In this document: positions 14,029 to 27,286 of the stretch, piece by piece
Layout of the letters: each line of letters begins with the position of its first letter
How positions within the stretch are numbered: position 1 is the stretch's first letter
Assembly (NCBI GenBank): GCA_964035545.1
Contig: CAXIUT010000169.1
Coordinates: 1-37,004 of the forward strand
DNA from: Bugula neritina
Lineage: Eukaryota > Animalia > Bryozoa
DNA length: 37,004 bases
Direction of reading: 5' to 3'
Notes under the pieces: model-generated
What the model was told of the DNA's origin: nothing
Seen by the model: only the letters and a program-made list of their open reading frames with translations
The model's database searches: none
Made by a program: the position numbers and the translations under genes

Positions 14029-17000
14029 ATAAAAATACAATTTTTCACCCTAAGAGGTTTTATGAACTTCTTGTTTCCTCTTCAAATATAACTTAAAAAC
14101 TTTCAAATATACTGAAAAAATGTTAATAAAACGATATGTTTTACTTTCTTAATCTAGTCAATACGTATTACTAACGATAGAAGTAATATAATAAGTTCTT
14201 TCCTCTGAAAACGAACTTCCTTTAACCAAATATAATGCGCTTTTGACGATCTAACAAATACTGAATGTTTGTAGTTATTTATCTGTGACTTTGGTTGAAA
14301 TCTATATTCTTCCACTGTTATCTCAAATAGCCCGACACTAAATATAAAAACAAAAATCAGAAGAAGATGAAGGTTACTTTCAATAAAGAGGATATAGAAA
14401 TTCTGTTGGAATGAAAATGGCTAGTAGGAAATATGTATAATTAGCTGTTAAGCTTGTTTGTATTATTGCGCGTACAAAACCTTGTGAAAATGTGTTACAG
14501 GTAATTTTGAAAAATAATAAATCAGTTAGTCAAAATACTTATGATGCTTTAAAAAATATTAAAGGCTAGTAATTGAGAAAATTGACTGAGGATATTTCAA
14601 TTTTAAAAAATAGATATGAAATAGATCTAAAGGCATATAGACCTTTGCTTTTAACTAAGTATTTATCTAAAAAAATAAAAAAGCAGATCTTATCTTCAAG
14701 GTAATTATCTTATAGTTTTAAAAAATTATTATAAAGTTAAGATTATTTTATTTCAGTGCCTATTATAAATACTTGTCTTTCTTAGATGATAGATTTAAGT
14801 TAAAATTTTAGTTGCAAAAGGTATTATCTTGATTTATTGTCATTTTATATTAAAAAAGGCAATATTTATGCAATAATCGGTGTCCATAATTGCAATTTTA
14901 TTAAGTAAATTTTCTAGGAGGTTATTAAAATTAAAGGGCATTTGAAACTGTCTTATGGAAGAAATATTTTTCCATAGATATAGGCATCACCTAAGGATAA
15001 ATATGAATTTTATTGTTAATTTTTGAAATGTATAAAATTATGGGCTTATTGTCTTCCTGAAAATGAAATGGGTTAAATATCTGAAATAAAAGAGATATAT
15101 GATTATCTATTCAAGGAACTTCACTTTTAATTTCCTGAAGTAGTGTTGTTTGATAAGATGGTTCAGGAATTTCAAAGTAATTTAAAGAGAAGAGAAGTTC
15201 CAAATGATGAACTTGTTAAATTAATGGATGGTGAGGGTAGCTTTTTTTCTGATTTATAAAATATTAATAGCCGTGATAATACTATGGTAAATAGATATAC
15301 TGATATAAAATAAAATCCTAGATCAAGTTGTTTTTCATATCAAAGACAATCAATATCAATATAAAGTTCATAAAAGAGTTCTTTTAATTCATTGATCCGA
15401 GATATTTAGGATCTTATAAACAAACTAGGCTAAAAAAGCAAACTTGAGGAAACTATATAACAGTTGAGATAGTTTAAATATTAATGGAGTAGTTTGAAAA
15501 AATAAAAAAATGAAAATTTATCGAATAATTTCAAAACTATAGGATAAAGATACTATGATAAAATAATATAAATTTAGGATTTATATCAACAGTTTAAAAA
15601 TAAATAATTTCCTTTTAGAATTTTCAAACAAAAAATAAATAATATGCAACAATCATCATTTTTGAATACTTTATCAAAAATAAGAGATAAAAATAACAGC
15701 AAAAATAGTAAAAATGAAATAAGTGGGTTAAGACTATAATCACAAACTAGTTCTAAATTTTTATTAAAATATTAAAGTAAATATCATCAAGTATAAAAGA
15801 AATCCTCTCTAAGTAAGATAAAAGAAGAAGATTAAAAGTTAGATAGGTCAAAATAAATGCTTGATAGATCAAAATAAAAGCCAAAAGAATATAAAATATC
15901 ATTTTTGAATAAGATATAATAGTCAGTTTAACCAATAACTCATAATTAATATGGAATTAAAGATTTATTATTGAAAAGAAAAGAATTTAATTCTAAAAAT
16001 GATGAGGATATTAGTATTAAATCTAAAATTTTATCTTCACAACTTGATATCTCTTAAAAATTTGACTCTAAAGTTGTCCATTCTGACGAACTCTTTAATA
16101 AAAAATCAATTTCAGTAAAATAAAAATCCAACTAAATAAATTAAAAATAGAAATCAGATATAGTTTTATAAAAGTCGAATAAAAAGACTTTATTATCAAA
16201 ATTATCAAGTAAAGCTTTGATTATCAATAATTCTAGATCAAATAAATCTAAATCTTAAAAAGAATCAATAAAGTAATCATCTTCAGAGCAACAAATATAG
16301 TTATTAATAAGTGATGATCCAAGTAAAAATATATAAGAAGTTTATCAAATTTCTTCATAAAAAGCAATTCCATAAAATAGATAATAAAAAAGTATATCAA
16401 TTGATAGTAGATTGAGACAATTTAATAAAGGAAATTCTTTTGCTAAAATAGTTTGTACTTTAACAAAAAGATCAATTGAATCTTATTCTGATTATAGAAA
16501 CAAATCAGCTTCTAAAAACTTAAGAAATAAATCTTTATCAAAAGATAAATCACTATAGCGTGATACTACTGGATAGTTAACTAGATCTTGTAGTCGATCT
16601 GTTATTCGTAGACAATTATAAAAATTTAAAAGAAAAGAAAGAAATTAAAAATATTACTGTATGAATAATTCTTTTTCTAATAATATTTTAAATTATTCTC
16701 ATAGTTCTAATTAAAATTCAGGTGTTTTGAATTAAAGAATTAAAATAAATTATGAATAAAGAATCAGTTGAAACAATTAATTATCAAATAGTTAATAAAT
16801 GTTTGTCTGTTTTTCCAAAGAAAGATAAGATTTTCATTAAAAGTTGTATTCAAAATAAAGGAATTCTTTTTTAATCTGATCAATTACAAGTAGGATATGT
16901 ACATTATAATAAAGGATATCAATTGGATTTTACTCTATATATTACTGCTAAATGTAATATTTAAAGTATCAAATTTTGTATTAAAAATGATGATAATATG

Positions 17001-17492
17001 ATCGCTGCGCTATAGATTGGGGAATTAAAGAATTTAGACTAAAATATGCAGGAAACAGTCAAAATTTAAACTTGGATCAAAAGAATTCCATATTAAATGC
17101 CTATTTTAAATATTAATGTAACGTATGATGCCAATAATAAAATATAGAAATGCCTTATTTTGCCTTGTTCAATAAATAAATATAATTTTTTTGAACATAC
17201 TAATGAAATAATACCTAAAAATGATAAAAACTACTATTATAAAAGTTAATCTTTTAAAATGATGAAAAGAATGAATAAAAAAGGAAATATAATAAAGTAT
17301 TTTCCATTTTTTACATAAAATAAAACAGCTAAGAATACTTTTGTTACTGAGTTTACTTTTTAATCATAAAAGTATGTAATTCATTTGTTTCCATAATAAG
17401 ACTATTATTACTTAACCTGTATTTCACAAAAGAATTCAGAATAATCAATTTAGTATGTATTAAATTATCTCATATATCTTATGGAATAATGA
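14028..17492 (+). CDS. Large hypothetical protein, probably 5'-truncated: two VHS/ENTH-like helical regions, a S/K/N-rich linker and a C-terminal alpha-adaptin-appendage-like region
   Basis: Frame is open from the telomere junction and joined to the main frame by 20-nt intron 14138-14157 (alternative ATG at 14120). Main frame stops at TGA 16769-16771. A second frame (ATG 16752; SCIQNKGILFESDQLQVG) runs to TGA 17490-17492; could be one spliced gene or two. Confidence 0.6.
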
Positions 17493-17521
17493 TTTTTATA
17501 TTATTTATGATAAATTAATCA

Positions 17522-18283
17522 TCATTCATTGATTGGTCTTGCAGTTATGATAGCATTTCTGACTGTTACAGGGTAGCTATTTGCACAGTAAGTGTTAAAT
17601 TGAATTGTTTCTGACTATGAATTTACTGTATGGATCTTTCGAAGAGTGTGAGGGATAAAGTTTGAATTATTTGGAGTGTAGAAACCTGAATTTTGCATGA
17701 GACTGCCTCCCTGATTGAAGTAGATGTATATCCATGAACTGCTTGCTTTAGCTAAGAAGTTAAAAGTTATAAGATATTTTCCTTTTGGAAGTTTGATATC
17801 ACATAATGATTAATAATTTTGATTGTTGTAGTTTTGTTGTTCAAGTTTGTGTCCACAGTATGTGGTCAGGTTGTTTTTTTAACTGTTTTCTCTTAGATTT
17901 TTTACTTTCTTGGATAAATGATCTAGAGCTTTTTTTACTGTTTCTTCTTCACTTACTTCTCTTAGTTTTTTAAGATAAATAACTTCTTCAACTGGTTTGA
18001 GGAAAGGTGATTCAACTGAAACTTTTATTTCTAATAATTAATTTTAAGCCATGTTTTTTCGAATAAAGGTTATCTTTATTTAAGTTTTTGTTTTTTCAAG
18101 AGCTTTCATCAGTGTATTAACTCCAATATTTTACAGATTGATTTATTTATCATAGTATTAAGTTCTTGAAAGACTGTCTGTAGCACTGATTGCAAATTTT
18201 CTTTACCCTAAAATGTTGAGTTCAATGTCATAGGTGTCATATCGATAGTTAATAGCTGGTTTAGCTGTCTTGGCTGCCTACAT
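17522..18283 (-). CDS. Hypothetical protein (globular head, short coiled coil, beta-rich C-terminus)
   Basis: ATG 18283 to in-frame TGA at 17522-17524, followed by a second TGA; protein-like composition. Confidence 0.7.
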
Positions 18284-18342
18284 ATCTAAATAATAAACAA
18301 AGAATTATAATTATAAAATGATAATCAAAAAGAGTATAATAA

Positions 18343-18756
18343 TCAGAATTTATCAACTTTTCGAGTCTGTTTTATTTGTTTTATTCTACTTTTTCTGTAA
18401 AAATTGAAAACAAATTACTTTTTACCTTCAAGAAAATTATTTTTAGATTTAAAAGGAGTAGTATTATTGAATACTACTTTTCTATTAATTTTTTAATGAT
18501 TTTCTAAACATCTTTAACATGACTAAGATCTTACTTTAAAAGAAATTCCTTTTTTAACTTTATTGTAAAATTAAACTGAACTAAATCTTCTTGTTTCTTC
18601 AGAATTTACAACATCTATAGAATTATATTTGGTGTAGTAATTATTTTTTGTTTTAGAAAAGAATTAAGAAGTCAGAGGTTATGTATAATTACGTAGTTTA
18701 GCTTTAGGAGTGTTGTTTCCCAAGTGATAGAAGTATTGAGCTCTTTTTATTTGCAT
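18343..18756 (-). CDS. Small basic hypothetical protein (~137 aa)
   Basis: ATG 18756 to TGA 18343-18345; no recognised domain. Confidence 0.5.
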
Positions 18757-18839
18757 TGAATTAAGTTATTATTGGTAAAATAGTAGAATTATTACATTAA
18801 AATAATCCACATAAATTTAATATTAATTCTAGAACTATC

Positions 18840-18950
18840 GGGGTTGGGGTTGGGGTTGGGGTTGGGGTTGGGGTTGGGGTTGGGGTTGGGGTTGGGGTTG
18901 GGGTTGGGGTTGGGGTTGGGGTTGGGGTTGGGGTTGGGGTTGGGGTTGGG
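18840..18950. repeat. Internal telomeric array 2 (TTGGGG)n
   Basis: 111 bp of perfect G4T2 ending TTGGG. Confidence 0.97.
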
Positions 18951-21900
18951 CTCCATGACAACTTTATCTCACTCATTCACACTCATATCTACAACTCTCA
19001 AACTTCCATTCAGGATGTACTTATTTACTAATACAGGCTGTATTAAAATTCTAAATCAATTATCTCTCTGAAGCAAACACTAAATTTAATAAAATGTTAG
19101 CTACCTTATCTAGTCAACTTATTGATAAAAAAATATCTTATTAACTCACCTTGAGAGATAGTTTTTTGAAGCTATTGCAAACAGATTTTCTTCCCTTATT
19201 AAGGATCAATAGATATGAACTCACTAAACTCTCACTTTTTGGTTTTGATATCTATGTACATATCGATAAAGATAGATTGAACCTCTAGAAGCAGTGTTGC
19301 AGATTTTATCGAGATTGGATTTTATCAAAAAAAGAATTATTTAGTCAGCAGAAGAGATAGAAGAAAACGGAGAGAATGCACTACTGAAGGGATGGGATAG
19401 TTATATGTACTATGTAGATCAGTGGAGATTATCTTTTAATATATATATGTTAGATGAGTATCTGAGGATAGGAGGTAAATCTTTTCTCAAAAAAGATAGA
19501 GAAATATTGTTTACAGGAATTAGCAATTTATACAATGAATTAGTTCCTTCTTTAAGCATCAAAAATAATTTCAAATTATTGAAAGATTTAGCTGAATTGA
19601 ATAATTCTCTTTATAATTTCCATCCAAGTTTTAACTATTTCTAGTTTTATTCTTTACTTCTTCCTCTAAATGATAATCTTGAGTTGATATTCCATAATAT
19701 CAATGATATACTTCAAAAATGTCTTAGAACAAACATTTTGACTCCGCTTCTTTTCGGTTTACTCAGACATCGTTAAGCTTTCCTCAACTTCATTCATGAA
19801 ACTGATTCCATTGAGTGGTTGCCATACCTTAACACTCTTATATCAGGGATATCAATTAATTTAAAATTTAGGATATTGGAATATGAATAGATTATTAGCT
19901 TATTTTAGAAAGTTGCCTTTAAGGCTGGTTTATTAGGTAAAATACGGATAAATGAGATAGTTGGAACTTTATAAGATGGATGGAAAGATGCTAAATAATT
20001 TTTTATATCTGCTGTTAAAATAGGATTTTACAGTGGAGAGGTTCAAACTTGGAAAATGGTTGATTTATAAGAGATAGGTCCAAGAATAATAAATTCAATA
20101 CTTGACGGCATGCTGCTAAATCCTTAATAAAATCCATAATTTTAAGAATACATTGGTAACAAGTAATAAAAAATATCATAATAAATAAAGAAGTTAAGTG
20201 GTAATAAATTGGATTATTCTTCAATAAAAAATAGTATATGCTAGCTTTAATTTTAAATAACAACTTAAGAACAAATTTACAGAATAATTAGAATTAATAA
20301 TTTAATATATATGAGTAAGGGTTATGATGAATATACTATTAATTTCATAGTTAGTTCTTTGATGGCTATTAGTTGTCCAGTGAGAAAGATGTTTAGAGTT
20401 AGAATTGAATAAGGTATTAATAAAATCAATGAATATTTGTGTTTAAAAAATGATAATAATTTTACTTTTATCAAATAAAAAATAATAAGTTTGCATTCGC
20501 TATATCAGCCTAAAAAGAACATTAAAGGTATGATTTAATTTTATTTTAATAATTATTAACCTAAAAAATGTTTTTCTACTTTGATTCAAATACTTGATAT
20601 GTCTTCAGGATAGACTTGTGATTTTTTAGCTGAGTATGCTTCATCAAGTTTCGTAATAGAACCTTCATCAAAGTTAGTAAAAGTTAAAACATTTTAAAAA
20701 TAGATTATAGTTAAAAATGATTTAGTGAATGCTCCTTATGAAAGTCATTGTATTTTAAGTGTTTTAATAACATAGTTAACTAATAAGAATAAATATGGAA
20801 TTTATTTGATATAAAAAATAATAAAGAAAAATCCTTTAATTTCATTTTCACTTTTAAATTTCCCTATTAATTAAAATGGAAGATTATACTCTTTTGGAAC
20901 TTTTTTAATAGAAAATAGTTAATATCATCAACTATTAAAATAAATCTTATTAAATTCAACAAATAAAATTCTATCTTAAGAAGGTATTGATCTGATTGAA
21001 GTATTGAGTTATCCCAATGTATGTTAGCAATTATACAAAAAAATCAACTAAGTTTAATAAATTTAGCAATTGTATCTCTATTGTAAGCTATTGCTTTGGG
21101 TTTATCAACAAACTTAGATGATATAGAATCAATGTAGAGATTTACTTGCTATTTATCTATATATTCTTGAGAAAAATACGAAATCATCAATGACTAAGAA
21201 AATTATTTAATAAATATGTTAACTATCAGGATATGCATTTGAAAATAAGCTATAGTACTGGTTAACTTTTCTTTTAGTAAAAAAAATATAAGGAAAATTT
21301 GATGCTTATAAAATAAATCGAAAAAAAGCTTTGAAACCTTCAGGAAATAGTATTTATTTTATTAATTAAATAGAATAAAATTAAAACATATTAATCAAAA
21401 AAACATAAAAGACTAATGAATAATAATAAGAGAAAAAGAAGATTGATAAAATAAAATCCTAGAATTTTTGGAATGTATTCAATAAATTATCAGAACTTGG
21501 TTTATAGGAGTTAAATAATTCATTATAAAATCAAAACATTATTTTCCAAGAATAAATTAAATGTTTATATATTCCATAAATCAGTTAAGCTATTCTAGGT
21601 TAGATTTTCAAGCTTTTTAGCAATAAATAAACTGAATAATAATGGAAAAATACGACAAATTTTTTAAGTTTGAATGTTGAAAACTATCTAAAACTAACAT
21701 AATAAGCAATAAACACTAAAAATATATCTTATTTGTCTTCTCATAGATATGTATCAAGTTTGAATCCTAAAATAAAAGAAATTCTTTCTCTTCAAACTTC
21801 CTAAAAAGTAAATATATTGAAACCGATGTGTGCCTCATTATCTCATAAATAAAAATAAAAAATAGCCGATTAATTCTTTTTAGAATTATCCTTTTTGGAA

Positions 21901-23091
21901 AGTTATGTATAATACTTTGAGGGTATTTAGTTTATATGTTTATTAAGTGGATTTAACTGGAGAATATTAATGGATTTTTTTAGTAAGTAATTAGGTAGTG
22001 CTAAGTTATCTTCTGTTATTTTGCAATATAGTGAATATATTACTATTACTGATAAGGCGAATAATGAGTATGAGATTCTTATAACTAAGAGTAGAAATTT
22101 ATTCCATAAATATATAATTTTACTTTCTTTGAAATTTCAATCTATTTTTAGGAATAATTAATCCAAGTAAGAACTTGAAATAAAATTGATTAATGAATTA
22201 ACTTTTGTTAATATAATAGTTAATTAGTTCCAGTTGAAGTAAGTTTTAGTTAAAATGGGTCTATTACATAAAACAATGAAAGAAAGAAATATATATTTCT
22301 AATCTTTCTTTATTGATGACATTATTGAGTGGAATTTTTATATGAATAAGTACTTCAATGGAGATATTATTGTTCCTGATTTTAGCTATGGATATTATCT
22401 TACTAATTCTGGTGTTTATCAAGATAATAAAATGGAACTTGGAGTCATGTTGTAGTTGTACTATGAAGAATCAGGTTAACCAGCTAAAGTTTAATCTATT
22501 TATTTACCTTAAATTGGAAATAAATCTAATTTTGAGGTAATTGATGAGAAAAAAAGAGATGTTATTGACTGTGATAAATAGATTGATTACTGCAAGGAGT
22601 ATAATGGTATTGTTAACTAATTAATAGAAAAAAAAGTAATAATAAAAGATTAAAATAAGTGGGATCTTAAATATGGTATAAATTCTGAATAATAAAAACA
22701 TTAGACTAGTTTTTATAAACTAGGTTGCCTATTTGCATTTATATCTCAATAAAAGTAATAGTAAACAAGTGCTTTTCTTGTTTAACTTCTTAAAAGAAAA
22801 AAATTAAACTGGTAAATATTAAAAAAAATTCGTCCTGATTAATATCATCATATTAAGTCGACTTTACTTGAACCAGATGTAAATTTATGATTTATTTAGA
22901 TAGCAAATCAATAAGTAACTTTTGTTCATGAAGGGATAAACTTGATTCCTAATGGAGATGAAATAAAAGTAAATTAGTACAACAGAGAGATCTATTGTCA
23001 TAAAATAGGAACTAAAATAGTAGGAGATATAGCTTGGAAATATGGAACTGAGTTTCTTAGAGGATATATTCATCAAAAAAATGCAAAATGA
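18951..23091 (+). CDS. Large 5'-truncated protein ending in a HECT N-lobe-like region with no catalytic C-lobe
   Basis: Frame open from the junction with no ATG; introns 19017-19036 and 19256-19275 (20 nt) and 22879-22899 (21 nt, contains in-frame TGA); C-terminal [52 protein letters not shown] then TGA 23089-23091. Confidence 0.75.
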
Positions 23092-23132
23092 TTCTCTTCT
23101 TAAAAGATAAATAGTTTTTAAAGTTGAGTAAA

Positions 23133-23671
23133 TCATGTGAAGATATACTGAAATTCTTAACGAGTTAATTCTGACTTAGAATGAACATTTTTGAAATTTT
23201 TAAGATTAACTTTTAGTCCAAAATTTTATTCCAAATATATTTCGATATAATTCCATGGAATATTACATCCTATATAGCCAGGATTATTCTTTTTGAAGGC
23301 ACGAAGTATTTAATCAAAAGTTTGACCTAAATATCATATGAATATTACCTATGGGAGCGATAACTTTTTCTTATTTGTATTGTTTGAAAGTTGATATTAT
23401 TTTTTGGAAGGCTTTTTATCCGATATAGCCATGTCCTTTGGGATCAGCTTCATAGACCATTTCTAAAAGTTATTATTATGATATTTATTTTCCAAGTTCT
23501 TGGTATAATATTGATACATTTGAGGACTCTTCTGAGCATATTTTTGGAAAGCATGGTACTTCCATCAGTCATATAAGACTTGAATTTGTCTGAACATTTC
23601 TTTTTCTCTTCTTATGAAAGACAATATCTGGACTCTGAGGAGTCAATGGTGTTATTTTTCTATTTAATCAT
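23133..23671 (-). CDS. Calmodulin/centrin-like EF-hand protein (divergent, dynein LC4-like)
   Basis: LSEEEKKKCSDKF..LRRVLKELGKEISEEELLEMVYEADPKGHGYIGEKAF; introns 23499-23517 (19 nt) and 23327-23348 (22 nt). Confidence 0.8.
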
Positions 23672-23721
23672 TCCATAATAAATCGATAGATAGTTGATGT
23701 GTCATATTATAATTGATATTA
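23672..23721. promoter_or_regulatory. 50-bp divergent intergenic region (putative bidirectional promoter)
   Basis: Lies between the ATG at 23671 (- strand) and the ATG at 23722 (+ strand). Confidence 0.55.
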
Positions 23722-24730
23722 ATGTTTTCGAGTTTCAAGAAAGGCCTGCGTTCTATCGATTTCTATCAGGCTGTACCTAGCGAATACAGTGAGGGAACTG
23801 TATCTGGTGCTTGCATATCTGTAGTATCTATTTCAGTTCTTTTATTTTTGACTATAATGTCGATAGTTAACTTTGCAGCACCTAAAGTAGACAGTGATTT
23901 GATAATTGACCAAAAACATTTGGCATAAAAACTGAAGGTTTATATCGATATAGCTTTTCCTAGATACCCATGTTCATTTTTATCTTTGGACATATAAAAC
24001 ATATTGAAGGTACATCATGTAAATGTTCATGATAATCTTCAAAAAATAACATTACCTGATAACCAGATATACAATGATGAAGGCATGACTGATGATCAGA
24101 TGCTAAAACGTGTGATGTAGGATATAGATCATAAGAAAGGATGTAGGATGAAGGGATATTTTGAAATAGATCGTGTACCTGGCAATTTTCATTTTAGTTG
24201 TCATGGTTATGGAGCCATTATTCATCGTTTGGTTAATCAAGGATATAGTATCTCTTATTTTATGTAGGAATGTTGGATATGAGTCATCATATTTATGAGT
24301 TACGGTTTGGAAATTAGACTTCTACTTAATATGGAACTAACAGTTTGGGAGATTTTAATTCAGAAAAATAAATCTAAGAAGTCTTTATGGGCATTACCTA
24401 TACTTACTTCCTTGATATCATCTAAAAAAATATCATAGACTAGAATAACGAAAAAGGATAAGAACTATATATTTATACTGCTCGCTTGAATGAGGTGATC
24501 TTGGCTCAATTACCCATGGTTTACTTCAGGTACTTGATTGATAATTGAGGTACGAGACCAATCCGATGACAGTTTTACACATCTACTCTCACAACTAATG
24601 GCATAACTTATTTATTGATATAGTTGGTATTCTTGGAGGAATTTTCACTGTAGCATCTATTATTGATCACATGGTGCATTCTTCTATACATTTCCTGATA
24701 GAAAAGCAAAGGCTTAACAAATTGAGATGA
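23722..24730 (+). CDS. ERGIC3/Erv46-Erv41-family ER-Golgi vesicle protein
   Basis: LRSIDFY..GTVSGACIS, FPRYPCSFLSLD, GCRMKGYFEIDRVPGNFHFS, VYFRYETNPMTV, GILGGIFTVASII; 20-nt introns 24248-24267 and 24530-24549. Confidence 0.92.
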
Positions 24731-24791
24731 TTATATTTATGTTCATTAATTAGGTTAATTATTTTAGTATTAGTAATAGATTAGAATGAGG

Positions 24792-25483
24792 TCAGTCAGA
24801 ATGTTTTAGTTGTTTTACCATGTATATCCAAATAGCTCCGAATAATACTAGTAAAAATACATAAATAATTGTTATTATTTTGTTAGTCTTCATAATATTT
24901 TCAACATTGGAATCGAATTTATCTCCTTGCTATTTAGAACGAGAAGCCTATCTTTCTAATCGAACTAGTGCCCTTTTGATAACTTGTACATTTTATTCTA
25001 CTCCAAATAAATCAGATGACTAAACAAGAGGTATTCCATTGGATTAACTGTGATACATAATTGGATTTAACTTTTATCCAATGAATAAATCTACTAAAAC
25101 AGATTTACTTCTTATATTGATAACTTATACACATAGTTCATATTATCCATGGTATTCTAAGTGTTCACTTGTATGTTTGACCACATAGGGATCATTGGAC
25201 ATCGTTTGAATGCAGTGATATTGTTTCTAATGCAGTATTTATTTAACGTTATTCTTTTCATCCATGATCTTGACTGTAAATTGAATTGAACATTCTTATC
25301 TAGATAACTTGAGGATTGCAAATTTTGCTTACAATGTCTGCCTAGAAATAAAAGTACTTTATCAGGAGATAACTAAGCAGTAAAACATTTTTTACGAGTA
25401 TTTGGTTCTAATTATAAAAGAATGGATTGGGTCAAGATGGCTAAACTGAACACTATCATGATAAAGTTCATGATGAATTTCAT
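24792..25483 (-). CDS. p24/emp24 (GOLD domain) cargo-receptor-like protein
   Basis: Signal peptide, LEPNTRKKCF, GEYELCV, coiled coil, C-terminal TM and short basic tail; 20-nt intron 25338-25357. Confidence 0.75.
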
Positions 25484-25526
25484 TATTATTAATCTATAAA
25501 TATTTTTAATACAATTAATGAATGAA

Positions 25527-26174
25527 TCAGGCTGCTTAATCGTCCTATGCATACATATTAGCTTCTAATTCTTTTTTCTTTTTGTTTTTGATATCTGTTT
25601 ACATATTCGAGATCAAGTTGTCAACATCTGTATCTTAAACGTCATCATCTCCCATTTCCATTGAATCTTGAATCATTTCATTCACTAGTTGCATTCGTTC
25701 TTTTTATGTTGTATATGTTTTCATATTATTATTGAATTGTTCAATATTTATTTTGTTTTTGGCGTTTCCCATTATCTTCGCCATTCCATTCATTACATTT
25801 GACATTTGATCCATTGTGTGCATCGACTGTAATCTACTTTATAAATGTAGTACTCAAAGACTGTGTTTTGTAGTTGTGCGTCTAAATTTTTGTATTTTAT
25901 AATGAATTTTTGGTTCTTCAGGATGTTATTTGCAAGAGTTTTCTTACTGACCTAAATTGTTTGGATCGTACTTGTGGAGAATTGCCACTCAGCAGTTTTT
26001 TGAGGTCTTTTTGCATCTTTTTATCATTCATTTAGAGCTTCATACACTCGCGTTGAAACTCTCTTCGCATCTTACCTATCTCAGTTGTGTACTATTTTAT
26101 TTGTTCTGTATTGGACAAGAAATACCTTTAAGTGTTTTTTATGGCTCTTTCGGCTTTGGCTGTTCTGAACCCAT
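25527..26174 (-). CDS. ESCRT-III Snf7-family subunit (Vps2/CHMP2-like)
   Basis: Basic N-half and acidic C-half, LDAQLQNTVFELQSMHTMDQMSNVMNGM..EMIQDSM; 20-nt introns 26106-26125, 25952-25971, 25834-25853. Confidence 0.85.
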
Positions 26175-26421
26175 TGTGATTATATATAAATTCTGATTAA
26201 TGAATAAACTCTTTCGCTTAAAACCCTTCGGTATAAAGCAGTTATTTAAATAGTCAAAATCAAAAGTTTAAGTCTACCTTTATAAATCAGAAATTTCAAA
26301 CTAAATAGTCTATTATTTAGTCAGATTTGGAAAAAATAGATAAATTAAGAAAAATAGTCTTAGATAAACTGTTTTTTACTCAATTTATAGTACTTCATAA
26401 TGAATTTGACTGGTTAGTACA

Positions 26422-27137
26422 TCAGTTGATTTTAAAATTGGCTTAGAGAGTTCTAACTGAACTTGGCAAACAAGTGCTGGAATCTTTAAACATCTCATCC
26501 TTCTTGCTTTTACATTGACCTTCATCCACTCTACATTATTGAATCTTTACTTCACTCTTTTTCTTCCTGATTCTGAGGCCTCAGCAAAACCTCCTGAAGG
26601 AGAAAATCTTTGCTTTCTGTTTAATTCTTCGATTAACTCTTAGATCTTAGTCTGGTATCCTAAACTTTCTCCGTTCTTATGATGGATAGGATGAGCCACA
26701 TGCTATTTTTAAATAGAAATACTCTAAGGTAATCAGTAAATTTTTCTTTACAGACGAAGCAATAGAGAGAGGAGGGTTTAGGGATAAGCTGCAGTGATAA
26801 AAATACATACCATATCTTTTTTGGAGGCATTCTCTTCAACCCTCTCATAGAACACTTCCTTCAATCGCTATTCACAAGCAATCAGAGTGTCCTATCTATC
26901 AAAAAAGATACCTTATCACAAGGGTCAATAAAAGCAGGAGTAAAAAACATGTTATCGCAGTTGAAAGTAACCTCGGCTAACTGACTCGTTAAAGGTCTTG
27001 ATTAGAAGTATGTACTGTTAAGAGTCAGAGGAACTAGAGTTGCGCCTTTTTCGTTCTTATTTGGAATATTTTTGAAGAATAAATGCATGAGTTGAAGGTT
27101 ACTAGTGCCTAAAAGGGGGTTTGTTCAACTCAGACAT
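26422..27137 (-). CDS. Small protein with Dbf4-type zinc finger
   Basis: YCFVCKEKFTDYLRHVAHPIHH; five introns 26997-27015 (19), 26892-26911 (20), 26789-26810 (22), 26703-26722 (20), 26531-26550 (20); alternative in-frame start at 27182. Confidence 0.7.
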
Positions 27138-27286
27138 ACTCTCCAAAAATAATTATAACAACAAATCACCAATTTCTTGCATCCATCCTAAAACAACCTA
27201 GAAATGATCGAAATATAATTTTTAAGGAAATAAATCTTTATCTTATTTAGTTATTTATTAATTCTTTTATCCTTAATCATATTCTT

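Noticed and set aside
13872-14137. ATG 13872 opens a frame through array 1 as (Gly-Trp)n into the VHS-like gene, resembling a GW/Argonaute-hook fusion
   Set aside because: With one stop codon, short open frames arise easily; the ATG lies in the peroxiredoxin upstream region; the other junctions read in a different repeat frame (Gly-Val)
18844-19071. ORF-track poly-GL protein
   Set aside because: It is a translation of the telomeric repeat; the real downstream gene uses another frame
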